Positions 41,751-57,760 are shown, numbered from the stretch's first letter. The stretch is DNA of 64,000 bases from the human T2T-CHM13v2.0 reference genome, Homo sapiens (GCF_009914755.1 NC_060933.1); one strand, 5' to 3'. The notes: generated by a model not told the origin, from the letters alone. Made by a program: numbers and translations.

Positions 41751-41793
41751 TTTTCATCTGCTTTTTTATGGGTTTGGCATGATCCAGCCAGTG
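41751..41793 (-). CDS. EPB41L4B: EPB41L4B exon 3 (43 nt): HWLDHAKPIKKQMK(I)
   Basis: ctttcag|CACTGG...ATGAAAA|gtaagt; FERM 'WLD..K.IKKQ' motif; in frame with exon 2. Confidence 0.97.
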
Positions 41794-41963
41794 CTGAAAG
41801 AAAGAAAAAAAGTTTCTTTAGGAATAGTTCATCAGCAAGGTTATTCAGCCCTCACAGTTACCCTCCTCTAAAAGCCTTAGTAATTCTACCCACAAAAACC
41901 AGGGTTTGGATCATATCATGGGTTCTTAGGCTGGGAATCTGCAAACTGCTTGGGATGGTATAA

Positions 41964-42373
<410 letters not shown>

Positions 42374-45300
42374 TTAACCAATTGATCAGCAGAATCACCA
42401 ACTGCCTTTTCCTTCTGAGTTTCTCAAGTTACAGCCAATCTTCTCCAAGCATTCCAGGTCTCCATTAATCTAGCAAAAAGTACAAGCTATGATACCAATA
42501 ATCTCTCATTATGCACTGGTCTTGAGGTTGTCGTCCTAAACTCTTTAAAGTACAGAACTAAAATTCACAACCCCTTTATTCTTTTGCCAGGAAAATGAGC
42601 CACACGGCAAATGCAAAGGCAGGCAGGGATTTGCCTAAGATCATTTTGCTCTGGTCAATGAGGGCATTTTAACTTCCTCTAGCTTTGACCAAAAGAACTG
42701 CTTCAGTCTTATCTGAGGAGATTACAAAATCATCTGCCTCACACAAAAGTTTCTCTATGAAGTCAAAGTCGTTGATACTGCTGTCCTAAGGAGTCTCAGC
42801 CACTTAACTTCCATGGAGAACTGCATTTAGGAGCATTCTACTGAGCCCTTCTGTGCAGACAGACATCAGCTCCTGGAGGCCAGGGACCGTGCACTTAATT
42901 GTGACTGTTTCCTGTGCCAGGCACAAGATATGGCACCCAGCAGGCCCCTGTTAAGACTCTTGAGAAATAAATAAATATTAAATATAAATTATTTTTTTAA
43001 AGTGAGGCAAGTAGGGACTGTTCCCATCACTTTATGTGGACCTAATGCATGCTGGAACTTCTCTGTTAGAAAGACGGCTGGGGTGATACAAGCAGAGTGG
43101 GCTACTCATGAGTTACTCAGAGTCAGAGGCCATTCTGCTGACTGCCAATGGGCTTTCAGACACATTTGCACTCTGCACAGTCTAATAACAAGGAGCGGCA
43201 GGACCCAACCAGGACAGTGTACTCCACACCTAACCAAAGAGGCCATTATGACTGTGTGGGAGGAAGGGGATAAGGAAACACAAAAGCGAACAACAGATGA
43301 TTGATAATACAATAAGCTGGGGGCAGTGCCATGGGAGAACGTGGGTTGTGGGGCTTTTGTCATCTCCACTCCAGGCTAGGCAGCCATGTAATGTCACCGC
43401 AGCAGGATGTGTATCTCAGACGCACATGTGCAGGATGCTTTATCTCATTGTTAATAGCTTTGAATTGGAAATGACCTAAATGTCCATCAACAAAGACGGA
43501 TTAGAAAATGGCTCATCCATATAATGAAATACTATTTAAAACTGATGTAGGCCTGTATTTATTGATGTGACAAGAGATCCACAGCACAATGTTACATGAG
43601 AAAAAAAAATCAGGTGGAATCTCATTTATATAAAATTATTATTTTCTATCTAGATACATCCAGAAGGAATTGTAGAGGTTATTTTGGGATGGTGGGGCTG
43701 TGAATGCCATTTACTTTCTTTTTACCTTGCTTCATAATTGTTTATTTTAATGAGAATATTATTTTTAGGGGGTGGGCTGGGTTGTCACGTCCATATTCAT
43801 TTGTTGTTTTATGAGTTCACCTCATTAGAATCAGATGCTGCCAGTGCCCTCAAACAAGCTGAAAACCCCCAACTTTGGCCCCTGGAGGGGGCTGATACAG
43901 ACTTGATTTAAGCCCAATATTTACTTTCCTACCAAGTAACATGCTAATGGCTATGACTAAAACTGTTCTTTTCACTTTCAAAAGAATTCACCATTCATCC
44001 CCTAGTCTAATTAGCCCATGAGAGGCTTGTCACTTAAAGGAGCTTGTTCCATTTCTTTCCTTTCTTTAGTCTTCTCACCACCATGTTGAGTAGAACAAGT
44101 TTAGGCCTCCCTTTCCTCTCCCTCTACTGTCAAAGTCTCATCTTTAGCCAAGTCCAACTTGTGCAGTCTCCTTGGCTGTGCTTTTTGATCCTGGCTGTGT
44201 ATTAGTATTACCATCACTTGAGGAACTTCGAAAAAGTCAAAATTCAGGTCCCACCCAAGACTCATTAAACAGAGTCTCAGAGCATCAGTTTTCATAAATG
44301 CTTCCAGTGTGCCCGTTAAATATTTAGTACTGAAGTTTTCCACATCCTCTCCTACCCAGGAAGAGGTTCTGATGATCTTGAAACATGCACAACCCCTTCT
44401 CGAAATTGCTGTTTGGGCTCTGCAAAATCTCAAGCAATTTCAGGTTTTACAGGCTAGTCCAAGAGGTGAAATGGCCAAACACCTGTGGCTGGTGTGCATT
44501 CACAGGCAGACCACAGCCAGATGCTGGTACCGGGTGGCTGACTGCTTTGCCCTCTGGCCACACTGCAAAAGGCACCCCTTCAGCCATTGTGGGCTGGGCT
44601 CCATCCTTCCTGCTCAGCCACAGAGCCCTGCCCAAAGCAGGACCTGCCAGGATAGATGCCTATGAAAAGTCTGGGGCTGGTGAAGCCGAGAATGGAATCA
44701 GAAACGGCTTCCTCATTTTAAAAGCTCCTTGACCCCTTGGTGTTCAGATCAGGTTTTGCTTGCCTGCATCAGAGGCAATAAGAAACCCAGTCACAATCCT
44801 AAAATGAGAGATGACAAAACCTATCTTGTATCCAACCAGTTCAAAATGATCTGACTTTCTTCTTAGCTGCAGGGGCCTTCCAGACTCTGATCACTCGTGT
44901 TTTATCCCACAAGACCACCTTGTGGCTTGAACGCTGGGGCAATGAAAGCCCAACATGGCATTTAGTAAACTGTATCCTACGCTCGGCTTTGAGGACTGTA
45001 TTCAGCAGCGGCGGGACCTGTCTCAGATGTTCACCTGTGTCTTGGCTAAATATAGCCATGCCGCCTGTGGGTAAACGCCAAGGCAAACGGCTCCGGCCCT
45101 CTTAGCAGACCATTAAACCAGTCACTGGAAACAGACAGGTGCAATTCTGAGTTCAAATGGCAGGACATTTCACTCAAACACTCTAACGGGTGTTAGAAAG
45201 GTGGTTTCTAATCTGAATTTCTCATCCAAGTCCATCTGGCAAAATCCTTTCCATAAATCAAGATGTGTGAGATGATCTTGGCAAGGCCCATCTGTTCCAA

Positions 45301-45535
45301 TAGTACATCAATTCTGGAAATATGACACCCATAAGGCTGGTTGTAGAATTTAATCATCTAAAATCTACATGGGAGCATTGGAACTACAAGGCCTCAGAGC
45401 AGCTCAGGAGTTGAAGAGCATCTAACAACTCTCTGCTGGAACATCTCCTGAGCCTTCACCATTAAGTCTGAGTGACGAAACTCATAACGGGATTTCTAGG
45501 ACCTGCAAATTTTCTTGGCTTATGAAGAGTATCTG

Positions 45536-46116
<581 letters not shown>

Positions 46117-46587
46117 TACATATATATAGTTTGTGTTTAAACTAGAGCTGGAAGGAATCTGAAGAGATAATCAAATTGTACCCAAAGGATGAAAAGAGAA
46201 GGAAGGGGATGAATGCCTTTGGAGTTTACTGTATCACATCCATCCTCTGACTAAGGCTGGGGTGTGGGAGGTGCAGCCTTGATAAGAGGCAGAGCTGGAA
46301 TTCAAACTCACACCCCTGTCAGCGTCAGCATCCAGTACTCTAGGTTTCCACACCACGGACTAGCCTAAAGTGCCTTCTCTGCCTGTGGGGGGATCTTTCC
46401 TGCTCCCCATGATGACCAAGCCCTATAAACTCACTTAACACCAGCTACCTGCTGGTGTGAGATGACTTCCTTGGAATCATCTAAATCAGTGGTAGAGACC
46501 CCTTTAGCAGCTTCCGATTCAGCACCAGTATTTGCACGTGGGCAGGAAAACACTCGGCCTGCCTCCCAGCATTCAGAGACAGGATGA

Positions 46588-46908
<321 letters not shown>

Positions 46909-48049
46909 TGTGGCATTTCTTGAGTGCAGTTTACATTTCTTTGGACCACCATGCAAGGAGGCAGAAGATTAGAGTTCAAGTTGCAGCTCTGCCACTCACC
47001 TCATGTGTGGCCACAAGCAAGCCCCCCCACACCCCCAGCCCACCTCAGAGCACGGGCACCTGAGCCTCAGTTTCAGCCCCTGTGAACAGAACTAACCCCT
47101 AAGCACTGTCTATGGAAACTGCACTGAACCCAATGGGTGGAAGGAAGGGGTTTTGTCTGTTTCCAGCAGTTGTAACATAGATCCCCATAGATCCCACTCT
47201 TAGCATTTATACTCTCCTATGTCCCCTCCAGGTATACCTAATAGTCACTCTTTTCTTCTTATAATTACATCTGAGATGGCAAGAGCACCCAGTAGTGTCC
47301 ACACAAGTGGCAAATGTGATGACATTCTGACCAATCATTAAAGCAAAGCCAAAGGAGCTGCAAGAGTCCCTTTAGTGGCTATTGAACCCTCCCAGCAGGC
47401 GCCATATCTATGTACCAACCTCACTATGCAGCCCTGCGCCTCTCACTGCCAGATTCTATGCTGCAAAGGCCAGAGGACGCACATCTGACAAGTCTTGAGA
47501 CAAAGGTCAAAATAATCTATTTTGGATTCCTTACTGCAAAATGTACCATCAGAAAAAGCTCCCTTTTCATGTTGAAAAGCAGCTTAGGGAAGGACTTACA
47601 GTGGCCACATCTACCCTCCAGGACACCTGCTCCCAAGAGAGGAAGGGAGGCTCCTGCTTGGTGGGGCTGTTACTACCACTGCCCCAAATCCCTGCCCCTC
47701 CTCTGCCTGGCAAACTCCTCTCATTCTCTGTGGCCCACATCAGTGTTCACCCTTTCTCTTGGATATCTTGTTCATTTTATCAGTAATACGTAGACAGTCT
47801 CTCCTCCAGACCCACAGAGGGACCTTTACACTGGTTCTTTAGAGGACTGAATACACCGTAGTTCAGGGGATTACTTGTCTATGTCTCCCAACAGAATGTG
47901 GCAGGCAGGGACAACATCCAGCTCATCTGTGCAACCACAGAGCTCAGCACTGAGTAAGCTCCAAGTCAAAGCTGGCTGAATGGGATTGACTGAACCTTCC
48001 CTTTCTTCCTTCTATATATGTATGTACGCATGAACCAAGTGCATATTCA

Positions 48050-48290
48050 AGCCGTATAGCCAAGTGGAAAGTGCTGGACTTTGGAATGAGACCAAGTTCT
48101 GAATCCTGGCTTTAACCTTTACAACATTCTTAGGAACATCAGTGTCTCTGAGCCTCAGCTTCATCATCTGTAAAATGGTTCTGTTTTATGGCCTACTTTA
48201 TAGATCAGTGATGAATATTAAACAAGAGTTCACAAAGACTGTAGTTCAGTGCTGGGCTCAGGGCGAGAACTGGGTAAACAGCACTTATCG
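48050..48290. mobile_element. MIR
   Basis: tctctgagcctcagcttcatcatctgtaaaatgg core. Confidence 0.75.
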
Positions 48291-49393
48291 TGATCAGGCA
48301 GTGGGAAAGTGAGACAGTGCAGGCCTGAGCCCTTGGCTCTCAGAAGCAAGCTTTGATATGTAGACACAGACTCCCAGCCCCTGCTTTGAGCTGTACCAAA
48401 GTGAAATCTGCAGAGTGGGTTCCTGGATGGCCTCCTGTTTTGACATGGAAAAGGGAAACAGGAGGTCCTAGTCCCAACTGCTAAAAATAGGTGATATCAA
48501 TACGCTTTGACAGTTGCTTCAGGGCTGGGCAGGGCACTATGGAAACCAGGCGTGGTTCTTTTCAGGGAGCTGGGGATATAAGCTGGGTATGCAGAGAGCC
48601 ATGCCAAGAGCCCTGCAGCTGCCAACCTCTGATCTGCATGTCAGGGGCTGGGTGGGAACACCATTGCTTGAAGGAGGCTCAATTATGGGGCAATAAGCCA
48701 ATAGCCAAGTGAACCATTCCCTTCCGGGTCCATCTATTACCCTACTGTTTGCAGAAACACCTCCTATGACATCCAATCACCTCCCAGGTCCTATAAAAAT
48801 CAATGACCCCAAAAGCCATCTCAGCAGACTCTCCCAAAAGCCTCTTGATTAAATTGGCTAAGGTTTCTCCCACAGGCAAGGCGGGCCTTACAGGTTCCAA
48901 TCAGCTAACTGTACCTTCTTAGCATGCTCACCCCTGGGGGCAGTGATGACTTCCGGTCCCCCCTCACACTGCCCAGCTACAAAGAGGAGACCCATATCCA
49001 CGTCCCAGGTTACAAAAACTTTTCTCCTCCATTAATTCTCTGAGCTCCTCAAATTCCCCATGAAACAGATGTTATTACACTACCTCCACTTTACAGCTAG
49101 GAAACTGAGACTCAAGAGTAGGGTGTACTAGAAAGAGCACATAGACCTGAAATTGCAAAATTTGAGTTTGAGTCCAAGCTGTGCTATTCACTAAATGACT
49201 TGCCAAGATCTAAGGGCTTTGGTTTCACCATCTAGAAGATGGTAAAAGAAAGATCTAGAAAGATTTGACAAATGCCTCTCCCTCAGGTTCCTTCTGGGGC
49301 TAAAAAAGAAGGTTCTAGGTTATGTGCCTTGTCCCCAAGAATCACCGAGTTAAGAGGAGGAGGTCCTAAGTCTTAGGATCTAAATTTAAAGTT

Positions 49394-49512
49394 TTATATA
49401 TATATATAAAATATATGTATATACATAAATATGTGTATATATACATATATATTATATATGTGTATCTATATACACATATATAGTGTATATATACATAATA
49501 TATACGTGTGTG

Positions 49513-49551
<39 letters not shown>
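49394..49551. repeat. Compound (TA)n/(TG)n/(CA)n microsatellite
   Basis: direct; ends in (CA)~18. Confidence 0.92.
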
Positions 49552-49554
<3 letters not shown>

Positions 49555-52545
49555 TAACAAACCCAAGGCCAAACAGTCAAATGGCCACAGAAGGCAAAAT
49601 AAGATTTGCATAGTAGAAAAAACACTTTGAGAGTTCAGGACACGCTTCATGAAGGGTGAGGGGGGGGTCATCTGAGATGGTCTTGAAGGATGGCTGGGAG
49701 TTTAAACAGGTGAGAAACAGCAGAAGGAGAAACAGCATAAGCAAAGGCACAGAGATAAGTGCAGGCATCATAAGACCCAGACTGTAAGGAGTCCAGCTCA
49801 GAAAGCAAAGATGGGAATGACTAGAGGGTCCTGGGAACTGCTGCTGCCGCACAGCTCTTGCATCCTCAGAGCTGGAGGCAGATGAGGACCCTCGCCCTCC
49901 CACCTGTTTTTGCCTCAAATTTGTAGAGTTGGATGCTGGAAAGGCCTGAGAGCCTGAGCATCTTCAGGTGTCTGGCCTGGGAAAGCCGCCTGTATCCTGC
50001 TGTGAACACCCCTCCTGCTGCACAGTGACAGGGCACTGGCGGGCGGGAAAGCCTGCCAGCCAAGTCAGCAGAGGCTCATGGCAAAGGCCTTCATAATGGA
50101 GTCACAGACTTGGCTTTCTGGGAATCTGAGTGGCTAATGAGGGGTCACTTGGGGATGAGGACATGCTGCCAAGGTAACAGGCATAGGTTCTAAGGGCAGA
50201 AATGAAAGATACCTCCTCCTTTCTAACTAGAGAACGCATTTGCAGCAGACATGCCAACGTCCCCTTTAGACTCAGAATGACTGAACATTAGAAGTGTAAG
50301 TTTTCTTGGAGAACAGGTCCAAGTACCCCATTTTACAGATGAGAAAACAGAGGCCAGAGGAGCAAGGCAGCCTATCTAAAGCCTACCAAATGAGTCAGAG
50401 GCAGAGCCAGGAACAAGGTCCAGTCTGACTTCTAGTTCAGGGCCACAGATATTCTGAAGCCAAAAATATCACACGCTTTAAGACACACAGGAGAAGGCAG
50501 AATCAAGAAGAGTTCCAGGGAAGAAGAGGGCTGGAGAGTGGCAGGTGCTGGAAACAGGTGGAGGATGCTGGGGACAGAGAGAACCCTAAATATGGCATTC
50601 AGGAAGCAAGTGGAAATAGGCCTGCCGCTCCAGGTGTAGAGAGTAGATTGAGAAGTAGACATGCAAAAAAAAAAAAAAAAAAAGATGGACAGACAGAATC
50701 GGAAGTGTAGGGGAAGAAAATTCAAGGAATTTTAGCTGAACGACCTCGGTCTTCTCAGCAGGTGAGGCAACTGCTGGAACAAAGCCTCCGTGGGGACTGG
50801 ACTAAAGGTCTGTGCTCAGATCCAGACATGGACCTGTCGGGTGGCCAAGAGTCAATCTGGGGCTACTGAGGCTCAGGGAGCAGCTCGGGAGCTTGGACTC
50901 TGCTGAACCTGTGATCGGTGCTGATGCCAGAAGGCACAGACCGTGGCTCTCTCCAGCAACGCCTGGCAGGCTGGGACAAGCCACAGAGGAAACAGATGGG
51001 CCTGCGTGTCAAGGGGAGGCCAGGGGACAGTCACGGGGGCAGGAGAATCAAAGGCCAAGTGAGGACACAGGTGAGGTGGCCGAGGCCTGGCTGGGGCTGG
51101 GAGGAAGGCCAGGGCAGGAGAAGGCTGGGAGGGGACAAAGGGCAGAAGGAGACCGCTGTGGGCCAAGCCCAGAGGGAGGGGAACTGGGAAAATGGAAGGA
51201 ATCAAGGGAAGTTATCCTGGAATGGGGACTGGCAGAATTCTGGATCTTGGAGTGCAGGTGGTGACAGGACACACGAGAATCTATGTGGGTCTTGTCAATC
51301 TGCTCAAATGAAGCTTAAATGACAGGAAACAGTGTCCAGAATATGTAGGAGGGCCAGTAACTTCAGTCCTGAGGCTACCCAGAGGAAGAGAAAAACTGAG
51401 ACACCAAAGGCCTCGAGGGATGCGAAGGACAGTCATGAGGTCAGAGGGTAGGACACTGGTCGGCCCAACCTCAAAGGAAGCGGAATTGGACTCAGAGGTG
51501 GAAAGAGAAAAAGTTGTTCTGCCCTTCTCCCGGGTCCGGTGGACGGAGTGAGAGTCTCTGGCTGAGAAATGAGAAGGAACCCGGGAGGGTTCGAGGAGGA
51601 CAGTTTGAGGAGGACACAGTTTGGGGGTGGGGTGGGGTGGCATAACAGGACGTCCTGAAGATGCAGAGGAAGTGGCTGAGGTTGAGGGACACATCTGCAC
51701 AGGGACATCCAGTGGGAGTGTCCACCCCAGAGGCACTGTAGCCAGGATGCATTCCCGTCCAGATTCCAATCTGTCACCGAAGGACTTAGCATGTCACTAA
51801 CATTCTCCAGCAGACCTAATTCCCAGGTACCGATTTTGTACATCTTCACCTTACAAATGTCACATGTCACCTGACAACTTCCAGATACAATCAGGAAGTA
51901 TCTGATAAGTATCTTCCAGTAGACAGCCTTAACCATTATGGGAGCTCCAGGTCTCCAGCTCAAACATCCTGATCAGGGAACCCAGACTTTAATACACTGT
52001 CTAAAATAGTGCTTCCCCTCCCCCCAGTCCACCCTTTCCTCGCCTTTATTTTTCTTGACTCCTATTACCATCTGGCATATGACATATCTATGTGCACTGC
52101 TTTATCCGCAATGCTCAGCACAGGGCCCAGTGCATAATGGGCACTCCATAAATAGATTTAGATTGTCGAATAAATTATCTTTGAAACCCCAAGCTAGATT
52201 TTGTTGGGAAGGGGAACTATGAAGTCATTCCTGCTTTTAAAAAGAGTGGGTCTGAGCTTTGTGGAGTTCACTCATTCTAACATCTCCACTGTGAACAGTT
52301 CTGTCTCAGGCAAAGTAAGTAAAGTGCTGACCTAACACAGCTTCCTGGAACCTGCAAGATGGTTCTCGGCAACAGCAAGACCTGCTCCAACCCCATCCAC
52401 CCCCAACCCCACTAAGCCTGGCTGGCATTCAGCTCCGTTCACAGCACCTGCTCTCTACCCAGCCAGACTCTGTAAGAAGATGGTGGCACAGCCTCTTCTG
52501 CTGGTTAAAAATAAAAGCAGCACCATTAGAAGAGTTTCTTTCTTT

Positions 52546-52866
52546 TCCTTTTTTTTTTTTTTTGAGACAGGGTCTTACTCTGTCACCCAGGCTGGAATAC
52601 AGCCACTAGGGAGGCTGAGGTGGCAGGATCGATTGAGCTCACTGCAGCCTTGACCATCTGGGTTCAATCAATCCTCCTACCTCAGCCTCCCTAGTAGCTG
52701 GGACTTCAGGCACATGCCACCATGCCTGGCTAATTTTTGTATTCTTTGTTGAGATGGAGTTTCACCTTGTTGCCCAGGCTGGTTTTGAACTCCTGGACTC
52801 AAGCAATCCACCTGCCTCAGCCTCCCAAAGTGCTGGGATTACAGGCACGAGCCACTGCCCCCAGCC
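52546..52866 (-). mobile_element. AluJ carrying an internal 39-bp inverted duplication
   Basis: body interrupted at 52600-52638 by sense-orientation Alu sequence. Confidence 0.88.
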
Positions 52867-53166
52867 TAAAAGAACTTCTATAATGATGTTTCTTCTTTCT
52901 ACCTTTTCTAGAAATGTGCCTATAATGCATCCCTAATGAATCCCATTCACATCCTCTCCTGGTTACTGGCCACCTCAAGGGTGAGGCATCCTACTAGCAT
53001 TGTGACGCATGGCACTTGGGCACCACAACCTCCATCCCAATGCCTGTTACTGGCACAGTATCACAGTTTTAGTCTTGTTTTTCTCTACCCATTTCTAGCA
53101 ACTGTGGACGTGCAATTAGCAATGAAAAGCCAATCTGTTCTGAAATGAATCAAAGCAATAACCTAC

Positions 53167-53271
53167 CGCAACCTGGGCAGAGTCGAGGAACTGGAGGCCA
53201 AAGTAATCTGTTTCCACAAGGTCCAAGTGGTACACAATCTGATCAAACAAATCCTGGCCTTTGGCATGTTT
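53167..53271 (-). CDS. EPB41L4B: EPB41L4B exon 2 (105 nt, phase 0-0), FERM N-lobe: [35 protein letters not shown]
   Basis: ttccag|AAACAT...GTTGCG|gtaggt on minus strand; classic FERM-N 'DYFGL' motif; matches recalled EPB41L4B protein. Confidence 0.97.
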
Positions 53272-54289
53272 CTGGAAGACAATTGGGAAGATGAAAAAAC
53301 TTAGGGTGAGACAGCTAGATAAGAAAAAAAAGGTTAAAAAAAACCTACTTCTCTTTGTAAATTGCATACATGTCAGCACACACAAATTTTTAAATTTGTA
53401 ATTAGTTTGATTATAAGGGTAATACAAACTCATGATTAAAGAAACTCAAATGCCACATAATAGCATAAAGTTAAGAATCTAGATAACCCTGTTAACTTTT
53501 GCTAGTCTCTTCTTACAAAAAGAATACTTTTTGGATGAATACCTACATGGGAAGATAAGCTTTGCCAAAATCAGACACACTTGAAGAAGGGTGTAACAGG
53601 GCCTTACTCTAGCGTAGCAAAAGCTGGGCTGTTTCTCAATGCAGGCAACCTTACTTAGGAAAGAAAGCTCATCCTCTGAAATTGGCTCTTCCAGTCTTCC
53701 GATTTCACAAAGTAGGTAACGAAGTCTCAGGGAAACCCAAAGACCTGCTGGAGGTCACAGGCCATAACCAGGACTCAAACTCAAATTCCAGGTTCATGCC
53801 AAGGTTTTGACTATGTGGTATACACATGGGGCATGAGCACAAGAAAGCAGTCGGAGAAACAAGGGGTCAAGTCCTGCATCTGCCACTTGACTTCGTACAA
53901 GTCACTCCTCCTAACGTTTCTATTCCTGCCCCTGTAAAACGGGCCTCAGGATACCTACTCTCCCCACCTCTCCTTGGGAAAACTGAGAGAGAGTCTGAAT
54001 GAGAAACCACCACAAGGATACTGAAGTCTCTGACAAATGAAAAGGCTTCTTAATAGTCACCCAAGCGGAGCAGACACGCTTCTCAGATAAAACGACATCA
54101 TTCTCAATGGATCCAAACACAAATATGCTTAAATCTAAGTGCCATAATCACAAAGAAAAAAAAAAACCCAACTCCATAGGATGACTCGGTGGCAACTCCT
54201 TATTATGGAAACTGGTAAAGAAAGGGAAAGAATCCAGCACTGACTCTCCCTTTAACTGCAGCACTGGGTAACCTAAGAGTAGACGGCAG

Positions 54290-55034
54290 CATATGCAAAA
54301 ATTAATTCAAAGTGCATCAAAGACCTAAATGTAAGAGCTAAAACTATAAAACTCTCAGAATAAAACACAGGCATAAAGCCTCATGACTTTGAGTTGGACA
54401 ATGATTTCTTAGCTATGACACCAAAAGCACAAGCAACAAAAGAAAAAATAAACTGGACGTCATCAAAATGTGAGACTTTTTTTTTTTTTTTTGCTTCAAA
54501 GGACATGGAGACATGAAGTGCAGACAACCCAGATGGGAGAACATGTTTGCAAATCTAGAATATATAAAGAACTATTACAGCTCAATAATAAAAAGACAAG
54601 TATCCAATTTAAAAATGGACAGAGGGTACATACAGCTAGTTCCCCCCAAACATACAAATGGTCAATAAACACATGAAAAGATGCTCAGCATCACTAGTCA
54701 TGAGGGAAATGCAAATCAAAATTACAATCAAATACTATGTCACACTCACTAGGATGGCTGTAATTAAAAAGGCCGGGCACAGTGGCTCATGCCTGTAATC
54801 CCCACAATTTGGGAGTCTGAGGCGGGCAGATCACTTGAGATCAGGAGTTCAAGACCAGCCTGGCCAACATGGTGAAACCCTGTCTCCACTAAAAATACAA
54901 AAATTAGCAGGGTATGGTGATGGGCACCTGTAATCCCGCTATTCAGGAGGCTGAGGTCGGGGAGGTGGAAGTTGCAGCGAGCCGAGATTGTGCCACTGCA
55001 CTCAGCCTCGGCGGTAGAGCGAGACTCCGTCTCA

Positions 55035-55077
<43 letters not shown>

Positions 55078-55775
55078 ATTAATTTTAAAAAAGATCATAA
55101 CAAATGTTGGAGAAGTAGAAACCCTCATATACTGCTGATGGGAATGTAAAACTGTGCAGCTGCTCTGGAAAATAGCCTGGCAGTTCCACAAATGGCTAAA
55201 CATAGAGTTAGTTACCACATGACCCAACAATTCTACTTCTAGGTAAGAGAAATGAAAACATATGTTCACGTAAAAACTTGTACACAAATGCTCATAGCAG
55301 TATTATTTATAATATTCAAAGGTAGAAACAACCCAAATATCTATCAACTGATGAATGGATCAACAAAAGACAGTATAACTGTACAATGGACTATCATTTG
55401 GCCGTAAAAAAGAATGAAGTGCTGATATGTGCTTCCACATGGATGGACCTAGGAAACATTATGCTAAGTGAAAAAAGCCAGACACAAGGAGCCACCACAC
55501 ATCATATGATCCATTTATAAGAAACCTCCAAAGGAGGGAAATCTATACAGCCAGAAATTAGATTAGTGGTTGCTTCGGGCAAAGGGGTTTGGGGGACGAC
55601 AGCTAAGGGGAGTACAGTTATTTGTAGGGGGAAGGGGGATTTAAATGAAATGTTCTAAAATTGCTTGTGGTGACAGCTGCACAACTCTGTGAATACACTA
55701 AAAGCTGCTGGATTGTACATTTTGGATAGGCAAACTGTATGACACGTGAATCTAAAGAAAGCTTTTAAAAATAGT
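54290..55775 (+). mobile_element. L1M (L1MB-type) ORF2 end and 3'UTR, interrupted by Alu
   Basis: agacctaaatgtaagagctaaaactataaaactc; aaaagatgctcagcatcactagtcat-agggaaatgcaaatcaaa; aacattatgctaagtgaaa. Confidence 0.85.
54771..55078 (+). mobile_element. AluS with (TAAA)n tail and right-arm deletion
   Basis: direct. Confidence 0.9.
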
Positions 55776-56015
55776 AGGTGGGTGGAGTTTTTCTTTATTG
55801 AAGTATTTCAACAAATAAATGAAGAAATGACAGAACTGCAATATCATCATTTTGCAACCCCTAATGGGTAGTAGGTTCTAAGCACTGAACATCAGTGGCT
55901 ACTAACATCACAACAGGAGACAACCAGACATTACGTACCTCCTGATAAGAACACCCCATCACCTAAGATGTAACCTTGCTCCCCAACCTCTCTCTCCGCA
56001 AGATTTAGCCTGTGA

Positions 56016-56409
<394 letters not shown>

Positions 56410-57087
56410 TAAAATACACTTTTTTCTTAAAGGCAAAATGAAAATGCAACGTCTACAGATGCACACTTGGGTGACAAAACTGGAGAAGAACAAGGAAGCA
56501 GCCACAATAAAGTCAGGGTAATTGTTGATCTTCTGGCAAGGTTACACTAAGGGCTTCTGGGCGGTGGGCAGGGTTCTCCCCTGACTTGTGTAGTGTTACC
56601 AGGATGTCTGCCTTCTTGTAACCCAGTAAACTGGGTACCTTTGTTTTCTTTGTGCAGCTGTATTTGTGTGACACACATAGCAGCAGTAACACAAAGTAAA
56701 AACAAAGAATGAAAACTGCATCATGGGATTACAGCCTTCAGGCTCTTTCCTTCCTCGACATACTCCTCTGAAGGCAACAGGTCAACAGAAGCAGAAGGCA
56801 GGATATGCAACTGGAGAAAGGAGGCTGGAGGGATGAGACGGCCTCATCTCTCCACCACAGGGACGCAGAACCACGATACATCAACACTCCAGAATACTGT
56901 TCAGCCATTATACAAGATAATTACGAAGATGAGATAAAAAACAAGGAAAATTTTAATGACAATGTTAGGTAAACAGACTTTAAAGGAATAAGCAAGCTGT
57001 GATTGCAACTAAATAAAAATACATATGTGTTATGTACATAGACTGCTTGATAAAAACAGGAAATTTGCTAAAATGAAAATAGTTGTA

Positions 57088-57716
57088 CAGATGCTCCTTA
57101 TGACGGGATTACATCTCAATAAACCTATTATAAGTTGTAAATGCACTTAAGGCCAGGCATGGTGGCTCATGCCTCTAATTCCAGTACTTTGGGAGGCTTA
57201 GGCTGGAGGATTGCTTGAGGCCAGGAGTTCGAGATCAGCCTGGGCAACATAGCAAGACCCCATCTCTACAAAAAAGTAAAAAAAAAAAAAAAATTAGTTG
57301 GGCATGGTGGCATGCATCTGTAGTCCTAGCTACTCAGGAGGCTGAGGCAGAAGGATCACTTGAAGTTCAAGGTTGCAATAAGCTGCATTGTACCTCTAGC
57401 CTGGGTGACAGAGTGACACCTTGACTTAAAAAAAAAGAAAAGAAAAAACGCACTTAATACACCTAACCTACTGAACATCACAGCTTAACCTAGCCTACCT
57501 TAAACGTGCTCAGCAAAAATCATTGAACGCAAAGCCTATTGTATGATAAAGTATTGAATATCTCAGGTAATTTATTGAATAATGTACTGAAAGTGAACAA
57601 CAGAATGCTTGCATGGGTACCCAAAGTACGGTTTTCACTGAATGCATTATTACTTTCACACCATCATAAAGCCACAGAATCCTTAGTCAAACCACTGTAA
57701 ATTGGAAACCATCTAT
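57088..57716. mobile_element. TcMar-Tigger non-autonomous element (MER47-like), split by an AluJ
   Basis: ta|cagatgctcc terminus, taatacacctaacctactgaacatca, ggaaaccatct|ata terminus. Confidence 0.7.
57151..57448 (+). mobile_element. AluJ
   Basis: TSD gcacttaa. Confidence 0.9.
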
Positions 57717-57760
57717 ATTAGGATGAAGCATAGAGAAACCGCGGATGGCTTTGTTCCCAA

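Noticed and set aside
46345-46366. Partial RE1/REST-like motif caccacggac
   Set aside because: Both flanks deviate from the RE1 consensus
50802-51963. Cluster of 110-176 aa ORFs
   Set aside because: GC-rich, probably L2-derived intronic sequence; no splice structure or domain
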